A stretch of 62,632 nt of DNA from an uncultured Bacilli bacterium (GTDB lineage Bacteria > Bacillota_I > Bacilli_A > RF39 > UBA660): contig CANQZN010000001.1 in the NCBI GenBank assembly GCA_947628365.1, positions 1 to 62,632 on the forward strand, written 5' to 3'. The notes beneath the pieces are model-generated. The model made no database searches. It saw only the letters and a list, made by a program, of their open reading frames with translations, and was not told the DNA's origin. Shown one piece after another: positions 8,964 through 18,429 of this stretch; within the stretch, counting starts at the first letter, position 1, and every line of letters starts with the position of its first letter. Position numbers and translations under genes: made by a program.

Positions 8964-9025
8964 ATTATATATTACCCCCCCCGGTGTCAAGTTTCTTTCA
9001 AAAAAATGTTGTTAACTCCAACATT
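8964..9025 (-). promoter_or_regulatory. Repeat cassette copy C. It contains a terminator hairpin after the ParB-family gene (9025-9005) plus T-run, TTGACA (8990-8985), CC, G8 (plus-strand C8 at 8975-8982), TAATA, TATAAT (8969-8964). It is the promoter of ORF 7624-8934.
   Basis: Same cassette as copy B but with a 15-nt spacer (8970-8984). A strong SD (AAAGGAGAA) precedes the ATG at 8934. Confidence 0.65.
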
Positions 9026-9034
9026 TTTATAATT

Positions 9035-10105
9035 TTATTTATCAATTTTTATTGTATATATTAGTTCGTTAGTATTATCATCTTTTGTTACATTAACAAC
9101 ATAATTATTACTTGTTAAATCATTTTGTAATTTTTCAACTAAGTTAATTGCAACACTCATATCTTTTACTTCTTGAGTCGGTGTTACTTCTGGTTGGGGT
9201 GCAGGTTCAGTTGGTGGTTGAGGAGTTGAAATATCAAAATCAAGCATTTCTATTTCTTCTACTGGTTCACTATTAAAGTTTGGTTCTGTATCAACAACAT
9301 TCATATTAGCGACCTCATCCTCCAAATAATTGAAGAATTTATTTGGAATTGGTTTAGCTTCTTCAGTATTAGCAGGAATAGTATCTCTTCTTTTTGGAGG
9401 TTCAAATGGATTTATAATATCAACAGCCCTTTCTCTTATTTCATTTATATTAGGTGTATTTTCAATTATTGGTGCATCCCCTGTAACTGTTTCTTCTTTT
9501 TTGGTACCTTTTAATCTTTCGTCTAAATCTTTAACAGTTAATCGATCATTTATAATAATATTAAGCCATTTTTCTTGGTCTTCAAAGTTTTCTAATTGTA
9601 ATAAACTTCTTGCGTGACGTTCAGAAATTTTACCTTCAATTAAAGCATTTTGAACTACTTCTGATAAAGATAATAATCTTAATTTATTAGAAATAGCAGA
9701 TTGGCTTAAACCCATTCTTTTGGCTAATTCTTCTTGAGTTAAATAACCTTTATCTAATAATGCTTTATATGATTTAGCTTCTTCTATTGCAGATAAATCT
9801 CTTCTTTGAACATTTTCTACAATAGCTACTTCCGCACTTTTTTTATCATCCATTTCAGTGATTATTGCAGGTACAGTTGTAAGACCAGCCAATTTAGAAG
9901 CTTTGTATCTTCGCTCACCAGCAATGATTTCATACTTCTCACCAAGGCGTCTTAAAACTAGGGGTTGAATAATCCCATGTTCTTTTATTGAAGATGCTAA
10001 TTCTTTAAGAGCGTTTTCATCAAAATTTAATCGTGGTTGAAAACGATTGGGTATTATATCTTCAATTGGCACATTTAAAACTTGCGACTCTGTATTCACA
10101 AACAT
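9035..10105 (-). CDS. ParB/Noc-family CTP-dependent DNA-binding protein with a Noc-like recognition helix and an atypical Pro-rich C-terminal extension
   Basis: ParB N-terminal motifs IIPNRFQPR and GERRYKA. The HTH region LSQSAISNKLRLLSL...KISERHARSL resembles B. subtilis Noc. It sits next to rsmG, as noc does in Bacillus. Confidence 0.85.
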   Translation of the reverse strand: MFVNTESQVLNVPIEDIIPNRFQPRLNFDENALKELASSIKEHGIIQPLVLRRLGEKYEIIAGERRYKASKLAGLTTVPAIITEMDDKKSAEVAIVENVQRRDLSAIEEAKSYKALLDKGYLTQEELAKRMGLSQSAISNKLRLLSLSEVVQNALIEGKISERHARSLLQLENFEDQEKWLNIIINDRLTVKDLDERLKGTKKEETVTGDAPIIENTPNINEIRERAVDIINPFEPPKRRDTIPANTEEAKPIPNKFFNYLEDEVANMNVVDTEPNFNSEPVEEIEMLDFDISTPQPPTEPAPQPEVTPTQEVKDMSVAINLVEKLQNDLTSNNYVVNVTKDDNTNELIYTIKIDK

Positions 10106-10146
10106 CTTACCCCTTTACCTCTATATTTAATTCTAACTTATTTAGT

Positions 10147-10854
10147 CTATTTTTTCAATGGCTTTTTTATGATTTTATCATAAGTTCTTAAGTTATTTAT
10201 TTGGGTTTCTTTCTTCTTTTTTATAACTATAATATTTCTAATTCCTTCATTATCATGAAGATTAAATGTAATAATATTTGTTATTTCTCCATTTAAAATA
10301 GCAATAGTTTCTCTTGAGTCTTCTAGATTATCATCCATTATACCTTTAAGGGCAATGAAATAGCCTCCTACTTTAACAAGTGGTAGAGAGATTTCTGTTA
10401 ATACACGCATATTAGCAACTGCTCTTGATGTAACTATATCAAATTTATTAAGATTATTTTTGACATAATTTTCTACTCTATCATTAATTATTTCAACATT
10501 TATATTAAGTTTTTTAGATAATTCTTGTAAAAATTTAATTTTCTTATTATTGGAGTCTAAAAGAGTAACATTTATTTTAGGGAAAACTATTTTTAAAACC
10601 ATACCAGGAAAACCAGCACCAGTACCAATATCAAGTAAATTATTTATATTATTTAAATCTATGGCTTTAACAATAGTTAAAGAGTCATAAAAATGTTTCA
10701 AATAAATATCTTCATCAGTAACAATTCTTGTTAAATTAGTATGTTTATTATATTCTTGTAAAAATTCTTTATAAGTATTTAACATATTTAATTGTTCAGT
10801 TGTTAAAGTAATTCCTAACTTAGAAACACTAGTAATAAATTCATTTTGTGTCAT
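10147..10854 (-). CDS. rsmG: 16S rRNA (guanine527-N7)-methyltransferase
   Basis: SAM motif LDIGTGAGFPG. Conserved mnmG-rsmG gene order. Confidence 0.9.
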   Translation of the reverse strand: MTQNEFITSVSKLGITLTTEQLNMLNTYKEFLQEYNKHTNLTRIVTDEDIYLKHFYDSLTIVKAIDLNNINNLLDIGTGAGFPGMVLKIVFPKINVTLLDSNNKKIKFLQELSKKLNINVEIINDRVENYVKNNLNKFDIVTSRAVANMRVLTEISLPLVKVGGYFIALKGIMDDNLEDSRETIAILNGEITNIITFNLHDNEGIRNIIVIKKKKETQINNLRTYDKIIKKPLKK

Positions 10855-12706
10855 TATTATATTCCTTCTTTAAATAGATTGATAATATAGTTAAATCAAC
10901 TGGGTTAACCCCACTAATTCTAGATGCTTGAGCAATAGTTCTAGGTCTTACTTGACTTAATTTTTGTTTGGCTTCACTTGCTAAATTCTTAATTTTACTA
11001 TAATCAATATCTTCTGGTATTTCTTTTTCTTCTATCTTTAATAATTTTTGCGCTTCTTTTAAGGCTTTTTCAATATACCCACCATATTTTAAATTAATTT
11101 CTACTTGATATATAACCTCTTCATCATAATTAAACTTATGAAAATTACTTAAGAAATTAAAATTAATTTCTGGTCTTTTTAATAATTCTTTATAAGTTAT
11201 ATTTTGTTTAGGTATTTCTATATTATTTTTAATGAAAGTATCTTTAACCTCATCATTTATGACTAATTTTAATTCACTTAATTCAGTCATTAATTTTTGA
11301 ATATTTTCTTTCTTATCTAGTAATCTTTTATATTGTTCATCGCTAATTGTTCCTGTGTTGTATGCTAAATCTCTAAGTCTTAAATCAGCATTATCGTGAC
11401 GTAAAATAAGTCTAAATTCTGCTCTACTAGTAAGCATCCTATAAGGATCAGTTATTCCTTTTGTAACTAAATCATCAATTAATACACCAATATAGGCTTC
11501 ATTTCTTTTTAAAATTAATGGCTCCTTACCTTGTAATTTCAAAGATGCATTAATACCTGCAACTATACCTTGACCAGCAGCTTCTTCATAACCACTTGTT
11601 CCATTAATTTGACCAGCAGTAAATAAATTTTCTAATATTTTATTTTCCATATTTGGTTTCATTAATAAAGGGTTTATTGCATCGTATTCAATAGCATAAG
11701 CATATTTAGTTATTTTAGCATTTTCTAGTCCCTTTAAAGAGTGAACCATTTCTTCTTGAACATAAATAGGCATACTAGTAGAAAAACCTTGTAAATACCA
11801 CTCATCATAATATATACTTTCTGGTTCTAAAAATAATTGATGACGAGGTTTATCACTAAATCTAACTACTTTATCTTCAATAGATGGACAATATCTTGGT
11901 CCTACTCCAGTTGCATAACCTCCATACATAGCAGATTCTTTTAAGTGTTCATTAATAATTTTATGCGTTAATTCATTTGTATAAAGTAAATAACATTTTT
12001 GTTGTTTATTAATCTCATATTGAGGTTTTATATCATGACTAAATGTCCAATAAGTATCATCGCCACTTTCTTCTTGCATTACAGAAAAATCAATGGAATC
12101 TTTTTGAATTCTTGGAGGTGTACCAGTTTTTAATCTAATTATCTCTAAACCATATTTTTTTAAATTATCACTTAAATGATTACTTCTCCCCTCTCCATGA
12201 GGTCCTTCTTCTTTGGAGGTACTACCTACTAAAATATTGGCCTTTAAATAAGTACCAGTAGTTAAGATAACTGATTTTGCCTTAATGTTTTCCCCATTTG
12301 CTAAAATTACACCCATAACTTTATTATCTTTAACAATTAGATCTTCCACTAAACCTTCTTTAATTTCTAAGTTAGCAGTATTTTCTAAGAATTCTAACAT
12401 TTTTTTAGGATATACTCTTTTATCGGCTTGGGCTCTTAAGCTTCTTACAGCAGGTCCTTTAGAGTTATTAAGCATTTTAATTTGAAAATGACTTAAATCT
12501 GCTACTACACCCATTAAGCCACCAAGAGCATCAACCTCTCTTACTATAATTCCTTTGGCTGTTCCACCAATAGAGGGATTACATGGCATATCAGCAATAT
12601 TATTTTTATTCATAGTTAAAAGAAGTGTCTTCATACCCATTTTGGCACTTATATGAGATGCTTCACAACCAGCATGTCCACCACCAACTACAATAATATC
12701 ATACAT
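10841..12706 (-). CDS. mnmG: tRNA uridine 5-carboxymethylaminomethyl modification enzyme MnmG (GidA)
   Basis: FAD motif VVGGGHAGCEA. About 620 aa. Adjacent to mnmE. Confidence 0.95.
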   Translation of the reverse strand: MYDIIVVGGGHAGCEASHISAKMGMKTLLLTMNKNNIADMPCNPSIGGTAKGIIVREVDALGGLMGVVADLSHFQIKMLNNSKGPAVRSLRAQADKRVYPKKMLEFLENTANLEIKEGLVEDLIVKDNKVMGVILANGENIKAKSVILTTGTYLKANILVGSTSKEEGPHGEGRSNHLSDNLKKYGLEIIRLKTGTPPRIQKDSIDFSVMQEESGDDTYWTFSHDIKPQYEINKQQKCYLLYTNELTHKIINEHLKESAMYGGYATGVGPRYCPSIEDKVVRFSDKPRHQLFLEPESIYYDEWYLQGFSTSMPIYVQEEMVHSLKGLENAKITKYAYAIEYDAINPLLMKPNMENKILENLFTAGQINGTSGYEEAAGQGIVAGINASLKLQGKEPLILKRNEAYIGVLIDDLVTKGITDPYRMLTSRAEFRLILRHDNADLRLRDLAYNTGTISDEQYKRLLDKKENIQKLMTELSELKLVINDEVKDTFIKNNIEIPKQNITYKELLKRPEINFNFLSNFHKFNYDEEVIYQVEINLKYGGYIEKALKEAQKLLKIEEKEIPEDIDYSKIKNLASEAKQKLSQVRPRTIAQASRISGVNPVDLTILSIYLKKEYNNDTK

Positions 12707-12713
12707 AATATCA

Positions 12714-14054
12714 CTACTTTCCTAAACAAAAATTACTAAATAATGTATCTATTAATTCATCTTGATAAACTTCTCCAGTAATTTCACCTAGATAATTCCA
12801 AGCATTTTTAATATCTATCTCAACAATTGATACCAATAAATTATTTTCTAAATTTTTAATAGCAGTATCAATACTATTTAAAGCTTTTTTTATTAAATCT
12901 ATTTGTCTTACATTAGACATGTAAGTTATATCTTTAGATATATTATTCAAATTTAATTTATTTATAATGGCTTTTTTTAAACTATCTAAACCATTTTTAT
13001 CTATTGTATTACCTAAAACATAATCATCTTTTATAGTTATTTTATTTTCTAAATCTGATTTATTAACAAAAATTATTTTCTTATCTTCACTTACTAATTG
13101 CATTATTTCTTTTTCATAACCAGTTATAGTTTCATTATTATTTAAAACAATAATAACTAAATCAGCGGTATTTAAGGCTTTTTTACTTCTCTCTACGCCA
13201 ATTTTTTCGACTAAATCATCTGTTTCTCTAATACCTGCAGTATCGATAAAATTAATTAAAAAGCCATTTAAAGTAATTGAACCCTCAACAATATCTCGAG
13301 TAGTTCCTGCAATATCAGTAACTATAGCTTTGTCTTCCTCAAGTAAAGCATTTAAAATACTACTTTTACCAACATTTGGTTTTCCTACAATTGCGACATT
13401 AATTCCTTCTTTAATAAGTTTGCCATTTTTAGAATTAGTAATCATATTACTCATTTCATCTCTAATTATTTTTAGTTTAGGAAGAAGAGAGCCTTCAGTA
13501 ACTACTTCAATATCTTCATATTCAGGATAATCAATATTTACTTCTATATTAGCAAGAATTTCTACTATTTTTTCTCTTAGTTTTTTAACACTTTCACTAA
13601 TACTACCACTTAAGTTATTTAAAGCAAGACTTCTTGCATTATCACTTTTAGCAATTATTAAATCATTAACAGATTCAGCTTGCGTTAAATCTATTCTACC
13701 ATTTAAAAAAGCTCTTTTAGTAAATTCACCAGCTTCTGCTAAACGACAACCAGACTCTAATAATAACTCTAATATTCTATTTGTAGTAATTATTCCCCCA
13801 TGAGTATTAATTTCTACTATATCTTCTTTAGTATAGGTTTTTGGTGCTAACATAACACTAACTAAAACTTCATCAATTTTTTCATCCTTATCACAAATAA
13901 AACCATAATGAATTGTATGACTTTCTACTTTAGTTAAATCTTTTCCTTTAAAAATACTACTGACAATTTTTAAAGCATCTTTACCACTAACCCTAACAAT
14001 TGAAATAGCACCACTACCTACTGCCGTAGAGATAGCACAAATAGTATCATCCAT
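12714..14054 (-). CDS. mnmE: tRNA modification GTPase MnmE (TrmE)
   Basis: P-loop GKPNVGKSS, DTAGIRE, and the C-terminal FCLGK motif. Confidence 0.95.
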   Translation of the reverse strand: MDDTICAISTAVGSGAISIVRVSGKDALKIVSSIFKGKDLTKVESHTIHYGFICDKDEKIDEVLVSVMLAPKTYTKEDIVEINTHGGIITTNRILELLLESGCRLAEAGEFTKRAFLNGRIDLTQAESVNDLIIAKSDNARSLALNNLSGSISESVKKLREKIVEILANIEVNIDYPEYEDIEVVTEGSLLPKLKIIRDEMSNMITNSKNGKLIKEGINVAIVGKPNVGKSSILNALLEEDKAIVTDIAGTTRDIVEGSITLNGFLINFIDTAGIRETDDLVEKIGVERSKKALNTADLVIIVLNNNETITGYEKEIMQLVSEDKKIIFVNKSDLENKITIKDDYVLGNTIDKNGLDSLKKAIINKLNLNNISKDITYMSNVRQIDLIKKALNSIDTAIKNLENNLLVSIVEIDIKNAWNYLGEITGEVYQDELIDTLFSNFCLGK

Positions 14055-14126
14055 ACTAATCTTCCTTTCCGCAATATATTATCACAAAATTAATATATTT
14101 GCATTAAAAAACTCGGAGTTACCGAG

Positions 14127-14738
14127 TTATTCAGGTTTTATTACAACATGTCTATTTGGTTCTTCACCTTCACTACAAGTTGTTACGCCTTTAAAATTGG
14201 TTAAAGCATTATGAATTATTCTTCGATCATAAGCATTCATATTTTCTAAATGAGCCTCTACTTTAGTTCTAGCGACATCTTTTGCTACACTTTTTGCTAA
14301 ATGCTCTAATCTTTTTTGTTGTTTTTCCCGATAATTTTCAACATCAAGGCATATATATGGTCTTATGTTAAATTCTGTATTTATTTTTTGTTTAACAATA
14401 TTTTCTAAAGATTTTAAAGTATTTCCACCTTTACCAATTAAAACTGGATTATTATTAGAATAAATTTTAACATACATCGTATCTTCTCTTAATTTAGTTT
14501 CAAAATTAACAGTAAGTCCCATATTAGTAAGTAATTCTTCTAAATATTCTTTAATAAATTGTAGTATTTCGGTCTTTAAATAAACACTAACCTCAACAAC
14601 ATTACTTTTAGTAAATAAACCACCAGTTTTTTTATCACTATAACGATAATAAAAATCTTCTTTAGTAATATTATTTTCTTCGCAAATACTTTCTAAAACA
14701 GTTTCTAAGTCTTTTCCTTCTTTAGTTATTATTTCCAT
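14127..14738 (-). CDS. jag: Jag/KhpB RNA-binding protein (KH plus R3H domains)
   Basis: R3H motif (DRRIIHNAL), a KH-like GKGGNTLKSLE, and its position downstream of yidC. Confidence 0.8.
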   Translation of the reverse strand: MEIITKEGKDLETVLESICEENNITKEDFYYRYSDKKTGGLFTKSNVVEVSVYLKTEILQFIKEYLEELLTNMGLTVNFETKLREDTMYVKIYSNNNPVLIGKGGNTLKSLENIVKQKINTEFNIRPYICLDVENYREKQQKRLEHLAKSVAKDVARTKVEAHLENMNAYDRRIIHNALTNFKGVTTCSEGEEPNRHVVIKPE

Positions 14739-15765
14739 ACTTCATACCTCTTTTAATTTCCAACTTATCTTTTATTTTACTTTTCTTTTCACTTTTTGAT
14801 TGATCATTTTTATCATTTAATAATCTTTTAAATATAAATGTTTGAATTGCAATAAATGCATAAGTAACTATCCAGTAAAATGCTAGAGCTGTTGTTAGTG
14901 AAAATGATGTTAAGACGATCATAATTGTCATAATATTAGTCATCATATTCATTTGACTCTTCATTTCTTCGGAATTAGATGTCATTGCACCGGTTGATTT
15001 CATTGAATATTTAAATGAGAAATAAGTTGAAACTGCAATTAAAATAATTAATAAAATATATAAATAATTTCCTTTAGATAAACCAACATATGGTGTCATA
15101 CCTAAGTTAAAACCTAATAATTTATCTTCAAATATTGCTGGTACACGATTAATTGCTTCTAAAAATGCAAAGAATATTGGTAATTGTAGGAACGCTACTA
15201 AACAACCTGACATAGGTTTAATATTATATTTTTTATATATTCCCATCATTTCTTGACTCTTCATCATTAATGAGTCACGATCATCACGACCACGATATTT
15301 AAGTTCTAACTTTTGCATATCACGATTTGCTTTTTGCATATTCTTGCTTTGTTTTTGCGTCTTATATGATGAAGGTAATAAAATAAGTCTTATTAATACC
15401 CCTACTATAATAAGTGATATACCCATATTACCAACTAATTTACCAATTTTTAATATTAGATATGCTAGAGGTTTTACGAATATAAATTCCCAAATACCAC
15501 TGGCTTTAGTAGAGTTTAACTTAAAGTTACTACAAGTTGGTAACTTTTCTAGTGGTATTTTTAATTCATTATTATATTGTTCATATACTTCATATAATTT
15601 ACTATCTGCTTCTGGTTTACATAATATATTATTAGTTAAATTTTGACCAGTTTCAGTGTATTGCACTATTTTTTTATCTTTATCAGTTATGTAATTTTTA
15701 GTTCCACACCCAGTTGATAATAGAACCATTATTACTGCTATCAATGCTAAAAATTTCTTTTTCAT
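14722..15765 (-). CDS. yidC: YidC/SpoIIIJ membrane protein insertase (lipoprotein type)
   Basis: Lipobox LLSTGCG, multiple TM segments, and the rnpA-yidC-jag gene order. Confidence 0.85.
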   Translation of the reverse strand: MKKKFLALIAVIMVLLSTGCGTKNYITDKDKKIVQYTETGQNLTNNILCKPEADSKLYEVYEQYNNELKIPLEKLPTCSNFKLNSTKASGIWEFIFVKPLAYLILKIGKLVGNMGISLIIVGVLIRLILLPSSYKTQKQSKNMQKANRDMQKLELKYRGRDDRDSLMMKSQEMMGIYKKYNIKPMSGCLVAFLQLPIFFAFLEAINRVPAIFEDKLLGFNLGMTPYVGLSKGNYLYILLIILIAVSTYFSFKYSMKSTGAMTSNSEEMKSQMNMMTNIMTIMIVLTSFSLTTALAFYWIVTYAFIAIQTFIFKRLLNDKNDQSKSEKKSKIKDKLEIKRGMKYGNNN

Positions 15766-15766
15766 A

Positions 15767-16096
15767 TTATTCTCCTATATTATTTAATAATTTAATTAAA
15801 TTTTCTTCCATTTCCTTGTAAGAAATAGTTAAAACATCCCTCTTACATATTATAATATAATTATGATAATTTGGAAACATTGTTACATTATTTGTAATTA
15901 TATTTCTAACTTGTCTTTTAACTTTATTTCTAGTAACGGCATTACCAACCTTTTTACCAACTGCAATACCATAATTATTTTTTAAGAATTCCTTTTGTTC
16001 AAAACAAATAACAAAATATTTGTTACTAACTCTTTTTCCATCTTTAATTATATTATTAAATAATTCATTAGATTTTAAAACGTCTTTTTTCTTCAT
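15767..16096 (-). CDS. rnpA: Ribonuclease P protein component
   Basis: Basic 109-aa protein with KKVGNAVTRNKVKRQVR, located downstream of rpmH. Confidence 0.9.
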   Translation of the reverse strand: MKKKDVLKSNELFNNIIKDGKRVSNKYFVICFEQKEFLKNNYGIAVGKKVGNAVTRNKVKRQVRNIITNNVTMFPNYHNYIIICKRDVLTISYKEMEENLIKLLNNIGE

Positions 16097-16120
16097 AATA
16101 TTAAAAAAACCCGTAAGAAA

Positions 16121-16243
16121 CTACTTAGTTAATTCCTTACGACCTTTTCTTCTACGGTTATTAACAATCTTTGTTCCTTTACGAGCAAAGAAACCATGTT
16201 TTTTAGCTTTTTTACGATTATTTGGTTGATAAGTTCTTTTCAT
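16121..16243 (-). CDS. rpmH: 50S ribosomal protein L34 (absent from the ORF track because it is short)
   Basis: My manual translation gives [40 protein letters not shown]. The SD GAGGTGGA precedes the ATG at 16243. The stop is TAG at 16123-16121. Confidence 0.95.
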   Translation of the reverse strand: MKRTYQPNNRKKAKKHGFFARKGTKIVNNRRRKGRKELTK

Positions 16244-16374
16244 AATGCTTTCCACCTCTTTCTTCAAGTGGTTTTATTATAATATTAATACCATAATTAG
16301 TCAATCTAAAATTAATTTGCTATTGACTATTATTTGTTTAATTTTTATAATATTAAATCGTTTAAGAGGGACGT

Positions 16375-18105
16375 ATGAATATTAAAAAACGAGTATTTTC
16401 AATTCTTATTAGTTTGTCAATTATGATTAATTTAATGACACCATATAATAAGGATAAGAAAAATGATAATGAGTGTGAAATAGCAAGTGAAGTAGTTTTA
16501 GAAGAAGATAAAGTTTTAGCATCTTCTTTTAACTATAATATAAATGAGGTACGTGATTACTTTAAAAATCAAGAATATTTAAGTACTGATAATATAGATA
16601 AAGATAAAATACAACAAATATATAATTATGAAAAAAAAGATTGTCCCTTTATATTTAATGGTAATGTATCCTCTTTAATTAATAAAATAAAACAAAATTC
16701 TTTAACTTATGCTCAAAGTAACCCACAATATAATTATTTATTTTCTGATTCAATGATGCAAGTATTTCCAAGTGATGACTATACAGAATCTTTACAAAAG
16801 ATATATGAGCAATACAAAGATGAACTTTTAAAGGATGGGAAATATGATTATGAATTACAAGGACAATTAATTTTTAATATAGCCCTTGAATATATCATAT
16901 ATAATTTAGTTTTAAATAGTACCAATGACTTAAATGAAGATTTATGTAAAATACAAAATTTAGCCATAGTAGAGGGTAGTTGTAACAAGGAAGATGAGGT
17001 AGTACCTACATTTACCTTAGGAATATATAATTCAGATACAAATGTGATAGTAATTGATTATGAATATAATAAAATAGCAACATTTTTAAGTAATTTTTCT
17101 TTAAAGCCAGCATCTTTTGAATTATTTAAAGCTATGACTGATAAAGTTATAGCAACCCTTAGTCATGAACTAAATCACGCAAGACAAGAAATGTGTGAGC
17201 ATCGGAAAATAGAGCAAGATCATACCTTATTTAATTATATAGTTAGGGTAAATGATAAATCTTATTTATATAAACCAATATATTTTGAAACATCTGCCGA
17301 AAGTGATTTATATAATTATGAAATATTAGTTCAAAATGAAGATGATAATCATTTTAATCACTCTTATGTTTATGAAAGAGAAGATGAATCTTTATTATTT
17401 TTATTAACGATTTTTAATAATAAACCAATAGATGACTATTATGATGCTATATTTGATTTAGATATTAAGAAATTCTATGATTTCTTTGATTGCCATAATA
17501 TAACTGATTATGAAGAAATATATAGAATTTTACAAACATTTAATAATATTTATAGAGAAAATAGAGAGATAGAAAAATATAATAATCAAGATTATTTACA
17601 TTTTAAATTAGAAATTTTTACAAAAACTTTAGATAATTTTATTAAATATATTGAACTTAACCCTAATTTTACTTATGAAGAACAAATATTTTTATATGGA
17701 ATTATTAGAGAAGTAATCATTGATAATGCTTATATGAATAACTTAGAAAAATTACAAAGAGAAAACGTAAGTATAGCTAGTTTAGATGAGGATTTTTGGG
17801 ATAATTTTAAATTGTATGAATACGATAATAACTTTATGGAAGAAATAGATAAGTTAAATCAAAAATTTATTGAATACTTAAGTTATAAACATAATAAATC
17901 AACTTTCAGTGTTCAATTAGATTTAAATAAAAGTGTAGAAGATATAACTAATTTAGATACCCATTTAAGTGTATTAGAAGAAAGATTTTCAAAATTAAAA
18001 GCTATTATCTTTACTACATACATAAATAATAACTATAATAGGGTCATAAATTATTATAAATTAGAAAATAGAGAAGATAACTTAACTAGAAAACTTGAAA
18101 ATTAA
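16375..18105 (+). CDS. Hypothetical secreted or membrane-anchored protein with one HExxH motif
   Basis: N-terminal hydrophobic signal (VFSILISLSIMINLM), LSHELNHARQE, and SD AAGAGGGA. No family recognised. Confidence 0.55.
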   Translation: MNIKKRVFSILISLSIMINLMTPYNKDKKNDNECEIASEVVLEEDKVLASSFNYNINEVRDYFKNQEYLSTDNIDKDKIQQIYNYEKKDCPFIFNGNVSSLINKIKQNSLTYAQSNPQYNYLFSDSMMQVFPSDDYTESLQKIYEQYKDELLKDGKYDYELQGQLIFNIALEYIIYNLVLNSTNDLNEDLCKIQNLAIVEGSCNKEDEVVPTFTLGIYNSDTNVIVIDYEYNKIATFLSNFSLKPASFELFKAMTDKVIATLSHELNHARQEMCEHRKIEQDHTLFNYIVRVNDKSYLYKPIYFETSAESDLYNYEILVQNEDDNHFNHSYVYEREDESLLFLLTIFNNKPIDDYYDAIFDLDIKKFYDFFDCHNITDYEEIYRILQTFNNIYRENREIEKYNNQDYLHFKLEIFTKTLDNFIKYIELNPNFTYEEQIFLYGIIREVIIDNAYMNNLEKLQRENVSIASLDEDFWDNFKLYEYDNNFMEEIDKLNQKFIEYLSYKHNKSTFSVQLDLNKSVEDITNLDTHLSVLEERFSKLKAIIFTTYINNNYNRVINYYKLENREDNLTRKLEN

Positions 18106-18429
18106 AAATGTTGAAAATTGTCGACTTTTCCACATAGAAATTTTTTTAATATTTAGAATATGTTAATACTTTGTTAATAAATGCGTTATTTTTTTGGCTT
18201 ATATACTTGGAATTTTGTTTTATTAACATTATTAACATTTTTTTAGTTTCTAGTTTTTGTTTGGAGTTAAAAACAAAAAATCAAAAATGTTGAAAATGTT
18301 AAAAACCATTTTTAGATAAGATAATTGCTTATTTTTAATATGTTGAAAGTTTGTTAATAATTATTTTTTGCTAATTTCTTCTTGTAATCAAAAATGATTT
18401 AAGTTAAAATGAAATTGGGAGATATGTGA
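18106..18429. other. oriC, dnaA-upstream part: DnaA-box-like 9-mers in an AT-rich spacer
   Basis: TTTTCCACA at 18126-18134. TGTTGAAAA (reverse complement TTTTCAACA) at 18109-18117 and 18288-18296, and TGTTGAAAG at 18341-18349. TTATTAACA four times (tandem at 18220-18237; reverse at 18172-18180 and 18352-18360). TGTCGAC (0A-box-like) at 18119-18125. Coding-strand bias switches here. Confidence 0.6.

Noticed and set aside
16020-16229. Plus-strand 69-aa ORF spanning the rnpA-rpmH junction.
   Set aside because: It is antisense to rnpA and to the clearly recognisable L34 gene (16121-16243, minus strand), so it is spurious.
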